27,852 bases of DNA, from IMG/VR virus record IMGVR_UViG_3300020469_000203, positions 1 through 27,852 of that record, one strand, 5' to 3'. The notes under the pieces are model-generated. The model was given only the letters and a program-made list of their open reading frames with translations. It searched no databases and was not told the DNA's origin. Positions 17,659-24,617 of this stretch are shown piece after piece. The number at the start of each line of letters is the position of its first letter. The first letter of the stretch is position 1. The translations under genes were made by a program, and so were the position numbers. This DNA comes from a virus. Taxonomy: Duplodnaviria > Caudoviricetes.

Positions 17659-19100
17659 ATCCAATCTTTAATATCTTCGCCCATAATTTCATTAGCAATG
17701 TTTACCTTATCCTTAAGTGATTTAATTATACGTTCATCTATAGTCTTTTCTGCAACTAAATCCACGTAAGTAACACTGCCAGTCTGGCCGATACGATGCG
17801 CACGATCTTCTGATTGTAGTCTTTTTTCTAAGTCGTAGTTGTTAGAATAGTAAATTACTGTGTTAGCTGCTGTAAGGGTAATTCCGTACCCTCCAGTCTG
17901 TGCATTTCCAACGAAAAAGCGCGCAGGGCCCTTAACGTCTTGAAACTGAGCAATGTTCTCTTGCCGGAGGGTAGCATCCACAGACCCGTGATATTCGACT
18001 GTAGAAGCTTCTCCGTAAGCTTTTTTTAACTCAACTGTGATATTTTTGAGGTCAGCTACGTAATTTGCCCATATAATTACTTTACCGTCAGTTTCTTCTA
18101 GACAATCCATTAAAGCTGTGAGTCGATTATTTTTTATGTGCACAACTTCTTCATTATCTAACTTCATATGACCGCAAGTAATTTGATGTAGTCGTAATAG
18201 TGTAGTTAGAGCAGAAGTTGAGCTCATGATACTACCTTTATGTTCAGCAATTGCAGTTGCTTTCATCATGGCATACTTTTCTTTTTGTTCATCAGATAAT
18301 TCTACTGTCCTGGTAGTAAATACTTTAGGTGGTAGATCTAAACAATCTTCTTTTAATACTCGGTAAGAAAAGTTATCTAACTTGCCAGCTAGTTCGTCTA
18401 ACCGACGATAGCTACCAACAATTTGTACTTGACGGCCACCAAAATTTCTACTCAACATGTGAGCATAACGGGCACGAAACGAATAATAAGAGGGGTGTCC
18501 TAGATGTTTGTGGTCTAGGAACTCGCATTGACTATACAAGTCTAAAGGGGATTTGGTTACTGGAGAGCCTGTTAAAATTCTACGATACGCCGCTAGATTC
18601 CCTATTCTCAAAATATTTTTTGTTCTTTTAGCTGTCGGATTCTTGATTGTCGTTGATTCGTCGATTCCTAGTAGGGCTTTCCCTTCTAGCATGTTAAGGA
18701 AACTGTGTGCAAAGTCCAGTCCTTTCTTGGTAGAAAAAGCTTCTACGTTCATTATCAATAACTTAAGTTCATTTTTACCATCAAACAAAGTATCGAGCTC
18801 ATATTGTTTTTTCTTAGTTTGACTAGCTGCCCACAATACTTTGCTGTGTTTTACGTGATCTGGTAAGTGCACCGGTACTTCTATATCATGCCAGTTTTTG
18901 TACACGCCCTTAGGTGCAACGATTAAAGCACCGCGAATCGCGGCTTGTTCATATAAAATAGCAATGTTATCCACAAGAACCTTAGATTTTCCTGTACCCA
19001 TTTCCATAAATAAAGCATAAGTTTTCTCGGCCCAAGACTTCTCTAGAGCCAATTTTTGATGGTCGTACGGTTTAGTTTTAAATTTATAATTTTTTATCAT
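17655..19100 (-). CDS. SNF2-family (SF2) helicase/translocase, 481 aa
   Basis: PYDHQ, MEMGTGKS, IDEST, LTGSP, GGYGITLT and QSEDRAHRIGQ motifs. Start moved from 19187 to ATG 19100 (MIKNYKFK) because the extension runs through the promoter and the divergent gene. Confidence 0.92.
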   Translation of the reverse strand: MIKNYKFKTKPYDHQKLALEKSWAEKTYALFMEMGTGKSKVLVDNIAILYEQAAIRGALIVAPKGVYKNWHDIEVPVHLPDHVKHSKVLWAASQTKKKQYELDTLFDGKNELKLLIMNVEAFSTKKGLDFAHSFLNMLEGKALLGIDESTTIKNPTAKRTKNILRIGNLAAYRRILTGSPVTKSPLDLYSQCEFLDHKHLGHPSYYSFRARYAHMLSRNFGGRQVQIVGSYRRLDELAGKLDNFSYRVLKEDCLDLPPKVFTTRTVELSDEQKEKYAMMKATAIAEHKGSIMSSTSALTTLLRLHQITCGHMKLDNEEVVHIKNNRLTALMDCLEETDGKVIIWANYVADLKNITVELKKAYGEASTVEYHGSVDATLRQENIAQFQDVKGPARFFVGNAQTGGYGITLTAANTVIYYSNNYDLEKRLQSEDRAHRIGQTGSVTYVDLVAEKTIDERIIKSLKDKVNIANEIMGEDIKDWI

Positions 19101-19106
19101 ATCTTC

Positions 19107-19147
19107 TCTTGACATACTATATGGGATTGTTATATAAAATGTCAAGA
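19107..19147. promoter_or_regulatory. overlapping divergent sigma70-like promoters inside a 9-bp inverted repeat
   Basis: TCTTGACAT (19107-19115) ... ATGTCAAGA (19139-19147). Minus strand: TTGACA-18-TATAGT. Plus strand: TTGACA-16-TATATA (with TG extension) or TTGACA-18-TATAAA. Confidence 0.8.
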
Positions 19148-19172
19148 CTAAATAAAAACAAGGAGAAGAAAA

Positions 19173-19367
19173 ATGGAAGACAAACAAATCATAAATGTAT
19201 TACTAGCTAAAATAGTAAAATTAAATCAAGACATTTTACAGCATGAATTAAATAATGCTGCAAAAGATTTAGAACTTAATGGTGCTAAAGAAAGAATAGC
19301 AGAGTTAGAAAAACCTGAATTAGATTCTGAAGGTTTTACAATTTCTAAGGAAGAAGAAATAAACTAA
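19173..19367 (+). CDS. small coiled-coil hypothetical protein
   Basis: 64 aa, strong AAGGAG RBS, heptad pattern; first gene of the replication operon. Confidence 0.8.
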   Translation: MEDKQIINVLLAKIVKLNQDILQHELNNAAKDLELNGAKERIAELEKPELDSEGFTISKEEEIN

Positions 19368-19386
19368 TCACGAGAAGGGTGGGAAG

Positions 19387-19947
19387 ATGAGTAATATAAC
19401 TTTAGAAGATTTAGAAGACGATCAACAACAGTTGATAGAGAAGACAGATATACAAACATTAGCTGCTTTTTGTCAAGAGTTACAAGGTATAGAGAATGAT
19501 ATAGATTCTTTAGAACAACAACTCAAAGCAAAGAAAGAAGCAGCAGACAAAATTAGTTCAGAGGTAATACCTAACTTGCTCGCAGAGCAAGGGTTAGCAT
19601 CTTTGAAACTCGCTGACGGTAGTGGCGTTGATGTCAAGAAGACATACAGCTGTACCGTAAAAAAAGACTCAGTCGAATCAGCGTACACATGGCTTCGTAA
19701 CAACGGACTAGGCGACCTTATTAAAAATGAGGTGGCGGTACAGTTCGGGAAGGGCGAGGATAACAAGGCGGAGCAATTGCTCAACCTTGCCGCAGAAGAA
19801 GGCTATGAGCCTACCCAAAAACAAAAGGTAGAGCCCATGACTTTGAAAGCGCTATACCGGGAGCGTATTGAGGCCGGCCTCGATATGCCCTCGGAGTTCT
19901 TTAACACTTTTGTTAAGGATCAAACTAAAATTAGCCGGAAATCATGA
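19387..19947 (+). CDS. conserved phage replication-module protein (coiled-coil N-terminus, function unknown)
   Basis: 186 aa; EVIPNLLAEQGLASLKLADGS, AYTWLRNNGLGDLIKN and VEPMTLKA motifs, a family I recognise as commonly preceding phage SSB-like genes. Confidence 0.75.
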   Translation: MSNITLEDLEDDQQQLIEKTDIQTLAAFCQELQGIENDIDSLEQQLKAKKEAADKISSEVIPNLLAEQGLASLKLADGSGVDVKKTYSCTVKKDSVESAYTWLRNNGLGDLIKNEVAVQFGKGEDNKAEQLLNLAAEEGYEPTQKQKVEPMTLKALYRERIEAGLDMPSEFFNTFVKDQTKISRKS

Positions 19948-19972
19948 ATCATAAAACAAGGAGAAAATAAAA

Positions 19973-20743
19973 ATGACTCAAGAAAAAGCAATCAAGAAAA
20001 AAGAGAATACAAGCATGGCTCTAGCGAGTATGTTTGAAGCAGACTCTAATACTGGTTTGGATAATATGGGTGCCGATGATATGGCACTACCATTCCTACG
20101 AGTATTAGGACAACTATCACCCGAGATAAATAAACGGGATGCCAAATATGTAGAAGGCGCTGAGGCAGGTATGATATTTAATACCGTGACTAAGGTGGCA
20201 TATGATGGCGAGAAGGGACTAAACATTATACCGTGCTATTACAAGCGCGAGTATGTTGAATGGTCAGATAGAGGCCAGGGCACATCTGCTCCGGTTGCTA
20301 TCCACTCAGTAAATAGTGGTATCATAAAAGAAACAACTAGAGGCAGTGATTGGAAAGACCGATTACCAAATGGTAATTATCTTGAGAACACTGCATCGTA
20401 CTATGTGTTTACTGAGGATATGCAGACAGCATTGATATCTATGAAATCTACGCAACTAAAAGTTAGTAGAACATGGAACTCAATGATGAACAGTATCAAA
20501 CTAGAGGGAAAGAATGGTTTGTTTACTCCTGCATCATACAGTCACGTGTATAACTTAAAGACAGTAGAACAATCAAATGACAAGGGAACTTGGTATGGTT
20601 GGACTATTTCTAAGGTTGGTCCTGTACAAGATAAAAATCTGTACGCGGCTGCAAAAAGTTTTGCGGAGTCATGTAAAAGTGGTGATGTAAAAACCAAGCA
20701 CAGTGAAGGTGAAGCTAAGTCGGAAGACGAAGTACCATTTTAA
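19973..20743 (+). CDS. putative single-stranded DNA-binding protein
   Basis: 256 aa; DDMALPFLRVLGQLSPE, ALISMKSTQLKVSRTWN and NDKGTWYGW; acidic SSB-type tail SEDEVPF; AAGGAG RBS. Confidence 0.7.
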   Translation: MTQEKAIKKKENTSMALASMFEADSNTGLDNMGADDMALPFLRVLGQLSPEINKRDAKYVEGAEAGMIFNTVTKVAYDGEKGLNIIPCYYKREYVEWSDRGQGTSAPVAIHSVNSGIIKETTRGSDWKDRLPNGNYLENTASYYVFTEDMQTALISMKSTQLKVSRTWNSMMNSIKLEGKNGLFTPASYSHVYNLKTVEQSNDKGTWYGWTISKVGPVQDKNLYAAAKSFAESCKSGDVKTKHSEGEAKSEDEVPF

Positions 20744-20752
20744 TTGTGAACA

Positions 20753-20783
20753 GGTACCGAGCTAATCCCCCCGGCTCGGTACC
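20753..20783 (+). promoter_or_regulatory. GC-rich stem-loop (weak terminator or translational control element)
   Basis: Perfect 10-bp stem GGTACCGAGC/GCTCGGTACC with an 11-nt loop TAATCCCCCCG, followed only by ATTT. Confidence 0.7.
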
Positions 20784-20801
20784 ATTTAGGGAGGATACCA
20801 C

Positions 20802-21044
20802 ATGGCGAAAGACAGAACAAGCTATCAAAGACAATATTATCGTAAGCAAGTTATTTGGAGTCAAAAAAAGACTATAAAAAACTTACGTGAAGACAAGAAA
20901 AAATTTATGGAAAGCCCGGAAGGCATTGCATATAAAAAAAGATTATTAAAAGAATCTGGCTATCACGAAAAATATAGAGAGAAAAACAAAGAGAAGATTA
21001 GAGCATATCAAAAGGAGTATCATTTAGAATATGCAAAAATTTAG
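20802..21044 (+). CDS. basic Lys/Arg/Tyr-rich hypothetical protein
   Basis: 80 aa, strong GGGAGG RBS; YQRQYYRK / YHEKYREK / YQKEY repeats; 14-nt overlap with the primase. Confidence 0.75.
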   Translation: MAKDRTSYQRQYYRKQVIWSQKKTIKNLREDKKKFMESPEGIAYKKRLLKESGYHEKYREKNKEKIRAYQKEYHLEYAKI

Positions 21045-22566
21045 ACAGATATTTGAAGGCAACAATAGCGCCTATGGTCAGTTAGTTTTAACAGGTGAAA
21101 CTACCGACAAAGGTAAAGCTATTGGCAAAGCATTTATTAAACGTGAACCAATACCAGAGCAGCTATGGCAAGATCATTTAGATGGTAAAGACCCAGCACT
21201 TGGTGTCATACCTATTAACGAAAACAACAGTTGTCGTTGGGGTTGTATCGACGTTGATGAATATAACTTAGATCACAAAAAATTAGCGTCCTCTATTAAG
21301 TCCCATAAATTCCCACTGGTAATGTTTAGATCAAAATCTGGTGGTGCACATTTGTTTTTGTTTACGACAGACTTTATTATGGCATCGTTGATGCAAGCGA
21401 AACTAAAGATGATGTCAGAAGCATTAGGCTTTGGTGGTAGTGAGATATTTCCAAAACAAACTGAGATACTAGTAGAACGTGGTGACACTGGTAACTTTTT
21501 AAACCTACCCTATCACGGTGGTGCTAGAGGTTTACGTTATGCTTTTGATGATGATTGTAATGCAGCTAGTTTAGAATCATTCTATTCTATCTATGATGCA
21601 TGGGTACAGACCGAAGAGCAAGTACATGAGATAATAGTTACTAAAAAAGCCGAAGCCAGCAACGAAGCATTTAAAGATGGGCCACCATGTTTAAATAAAT
21701 TAGCTGATGAAGGTTTTGGTGAAGGCTCACGCAACAATGCATTATTTAATGTAGCGGTATATCACAAGCAAGCTAATCCCGATACATGGGAAGACAAAGT
21801 CATGGAAGATAATTCTAAGTGGATGAATCCACCCTTAAACTTTAAAGAGGTTCAAGCTTTGCTAGTGTCAGTTAACAAAAGAGGTTACGACAAATACAGG
21901 TGTAAGGACCAACCTATTTGTGGGGTATGCAATGCTTCTAAATGTAGAACTAAAAGATTTGGTGTTGGTTTTGAAGAAGAGCAGATGCCGGAGATGGACA
22001 CATTAAGTAAGATAGCGTCTAACCCACCGCAATGGTTTTTGAATGTAGTTGGCAAGAGAATAGAACTAAAAACAGAACAATTACACAACGCTAACTTATT
22101 CGCACTAGCTTTATTAGATCAAGCTAATATTATATCTCCTATACCGAAAGCAAAAGACTGGAGAGAGATTTATTTAAAACAACTTATGTTAAATTTAGAA
22201 GAAATAGAGCCATTAGAGTCACTAAGAAGTGATGAACAACTAGAAAACTTATTGTATGACTTTACAGTACATAGGGCGCAAGCAAGAACTAAAGAAGACA
22301 TATTGAATAAAGCAGCGTGGACCGATGACGATAAGAAAATAACTTTATTTAAGATGGATGATTTTTTTGCGTTTGCAAAACGTAATAACTGGGAGCTAGA
22401 CAAAACTAAAACTGGTAATTTATTAAAGCAGTTGAAGGATTTATTTATAGAAGAAGTTAGACTAAAGATTAAAAACCAAACACCTCGTCTAGTAAAAATA
22501 AAAGCTATGAAGAGATATGAGTCAGATGTTTCTCATAAAGCTTACGAAGAAGAGGTACCATTTTAA
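21031..22566 (+). CDS. archaeo-eukaryotic primase (AEP/PrimPol-like) with PriCT-like domain
   Basis: WGCIDVD (DxD), RSKSGGAHLFLF, EIFPKQ, GNFLNLPY, and EGSRNNALFN (PriCT-1 signature); AAGGAG RBS; no Walker A. Confidence 0.85.
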   Translation: MQKFRQIFEGNNSAYGQLVLTGETTDKGKAIGKAFIKREPIPEQLWQDHLDGKDPALGVIPINENNSCRWGCIDVDEYNLDHKKLASSIKSHKFPLVMFRSKSGGAHLFLFTTDFIMASLMQAKLKMMSEALGFGGSEIFPKQTEILVERGDTGNFLNLPYHGGARGLRYAFDDDCNAASLESFYSIYDAWVQTEEQVHEIIVTKKAEASNEAFKDGPPCLNKLADEGFGEGSRNNALFNVAVYHKQANPDTWEDKVMEDNSKWMNPPLNFKEVQALLVSVNKRGYDKYRCKDQPICGVCNASKCRTKRFGVGFEEEQMPEMDTLSKIASNPPQWFLNVVGKRIELKTEQLHNANLFALALLDQANIISPIPKAKDWREIYLKQLMLNLEEIEPLESLRSDEQLENLLYDFTVHRAQARTKEDILNKAAWTDDDKKITLFKMDDFFAFAKRNNWELDKTKTGNLLKQLKDLFIEEVRLKIKNQTPRLVKIKAMKRYESDVSHKAYEEEVPF

Positions 22567-24113
22567 TGAAAGAATTAATACTGGGTCCTCCAGGTACAGG
22601 TAAGACAACCGAATTATTAAACATAGTTAATAAACATTTGGACGAAGGTGTTGATCCTAAAGACATTGGTTATTTTTCTTTTACAAAGAAAGCAGCTACA
22701 GAAGCTAAAAGTAGAGCTTTAGATAAGTTTTCAATGTACACCGAAGAGGACTTTCCGTACTTTAGAACACTACACTCACTAGCATTTAGTCAGCTAAGAT
22801 TAAAAAAATCACAGGTAATGCAAAGAGATAACTACAATGATTTTGGAAAAAATTGTGGCATACCTTTGTATTTAAAAGCAACATATAACAATGAAGAAGA
22901 CGGAACATTTAATTCAGACAATGAGTATTTACGGTTGATAGATAAAGCAAGAGCAATGAATATTCCTTTATTAGATCTATATGATAAAAACACACATTAT
23001 GTAGACATAGAAAGAGATAAGCTTTATCTTATAGATAGGGAACTAAAAAGATATAAGAAAGAAACAGGGTTATTAGATTATGGAGATATGTTACAGAGGT
23101 TTGTTGAGTCAGATTTGGCTCCAAGATTTACTGTCTTGTTCATCGATGAGGCCCAAGATTTATCTCCACTCCAATGGAAGTTGGTGCAAAATCTCTGGGA
23201 AAGATCTACTAATACTCACATCGCAGGTGATGATGACCAGGCTATATTCAGATGGGCCGGAGCAGATGTTAATCATTTCCTCGGGGTGGAGCACGAAGTC
23301 GACAATAAGCGCGTTTTAGAGAAGTCTTATAGAGTACCTCCCTTAATACATGAGGTTGCGCAGAGCGTTATAAGTAGAGTAGAGAACAGATATGAAAAAG
23401 AATATCAACCCTGTTCTGAACGAGAGTATAAAAAAGGCATACTTACTAAGATAACTGGCACTAGAAAACGTTACTCTAGTATTGAACAAGTAGATATGTC
23501 AAAAGGAAACTGGTTAGTGTTGGCCAGTATTAATTATATCTTAGAAGATGCTGAAGAGCTTTGTAAAGAGAGAGGTTGGTACTATTCTAAAAAAGGTAGA
23601 AACTCTTTGCCTTTAAAACTATTAAAATCAATTCAAGATTGGGAAAAATTTAGGCTAGGAGGAACTACTTTAAATTCTAAAGATATAAAAGATGTTTACA
23701 GTTATTTAGGGGAGAATGTAGAGAGAGGATATAAGACAGGTAAAACTCTTAAAGAAGATAATTACTATAATCATGAAACGTGCATCGCGGACCACGGATT
23801 ATTAACTAATAAGGTTTGGTATGAAGCATTTAAAAAATTAGACGGGTACACAGAAAATTATATAAGAAGCATGCTAGCAAACGATGAAAAGATTACGAAG
23901 ACTCCGCGGATAAGTATGTCAACAATACACGGTGCAAAAGGAGGCGAGTGTGATAATGTATTATTATTTCAAGACATATCAAAAACAGCCAAAGAACAAC
24001 ACGACAGAAACCCGGACGAATTACATAGACTTTTTTATGTTGGTATTACTAGAGCAAAAGAAAATCTACATGTATTAGAACCAAAAAATTATGAAAGAGG
24101 GTATGCAATATGA
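22566..24113 (+). CDS. UvrD/Rep-like superfamily 1 helicase
   Basis: GPPGTGKTT, FRTLHS, IDEAQD, GDDDQAIF, SYR, STIHGAKGGE and FYVGITRAK motifs. Confidence 0.95.
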   Translation: MKELILGPPGTGKTTELLNIVNKHLDEGVDPKDIGYFSFTKKAATEAKSRALDKFSMYTEEDFPYFRTLHSLAFSQLRLKKSQVMQRDNYNDFGKNCGIPLYLKATYNNEEDGTFNSDNEYLRLIDKARAMNIPLLDLYDKNTHYVDIERDKLYLIDRELKRYKKETGLLDYGDMLQRFVESDLAPRFTVLFIDEAQDLSPLQWKLVQNLWERSTNTHIAGDDDQAIFRWAGADVNHFLGVEHEVDNKRVLEKSYRVPPLIHEVAQSVISRVENRYEKEYQPCSEREYKKGILTKITGTRKRYSSIEQVDMSKGNWLVLASINYILEDAEELCKERGWYYSKKGRNSLPLKLLKSIQDWEKFRLGGTTLNSKDIKDVYSYLGENVERGYKTGKTLKEDNYYNHETCIADHGLLTNKVWYEAFKKLDGYTENYIRSMLANDEKITKTPRISMSTIHGAKGGECDNVLLFQDISKTAKEQHDRNPDELHRLFYVGITRAKENLHVLEPKNYERGYAI

Positions 24114-24439
24114 CAGAGAAGTCTCGTAAAGGCGCTGCTCTAGAGCATATTTATATTGGACAAATGTTAGCTAAAGGATGGGGTGTTTCTAAAGCATGCG
24201 ATCCTCATTCGCCTTATGATTTTGTACTAATATGTCCGAAGACAGGTAAGATAAAATTAATAGATGTTAAATCAGAATCTTATAGAAAAAATTGTCCTCC
24301 AGGTTGGACTAAAAAATCTACAAAAATATTTAGAAGTAATTCTAAAGAACAAAAATCTTTTACAGAAAAAACAGGAAGAACAATAGAAGTTATAACGGAG
24401 GACTTAGATGAAATCATTGAAAAAACAAATAGGCGGTAG
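24110..24439 (+). CDS. PD-(D/E)XK family endonuclease-like protein
   Basis: 109 aa; G-x-x-x-E helix, PYDFV and LIDVKS match the restriction-like nuclease pattern; ATGA overlap with the helicase. Confidence 0.7.
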   Translation: MTEKSRKGAALEHIYIGQMLAKGWGVSKACDPHSPYDFVLICPKTGKIKLIDVKSESYRKNCPPGWTKKSTKIFRSNSKEQKSFTEKTGRTIEVITEDLDEIIEKTNRR

Positions 24440-24617
24440 TCACTATAATAGATATAAGATTCAGCCTGCCGAATTCATCAATAAAAACAAGTTGTTATTT
24501 GCTGAGGGAAATGCTATAAAGTATATTATGAGACACCCTCATAAGGGAAGTGGTAAGCAAGACTTAGAGAAGGCGATACATTATTTAGAGATGATAATAG
24601 AAAGAGACTATGCATAG
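24408..24617 (+). CDS. DUF3310 family protein (T7 gp1.7 nucleotide kinase-related)
   Basis: QIGGSHY, IQP, EGNAIKY, QDLEKAIHY; GGAGG RBS. Confidence 0.88.
   Translation: MKSLKKQIGGSHYNRYKIQPAEFINKNKLLFAEGNAIKYIMRHPHKGSGKQDLEKAIHYLEMIIERDYA

Noticed and set aside
19101-19187. 29-aa N-terminal extension of the SNF2 ORF given in the track
   Set aside because: It crosses the divergent promoter and overlaps the start of the opposite gene; ATG 19100 fits the motif spacing better.
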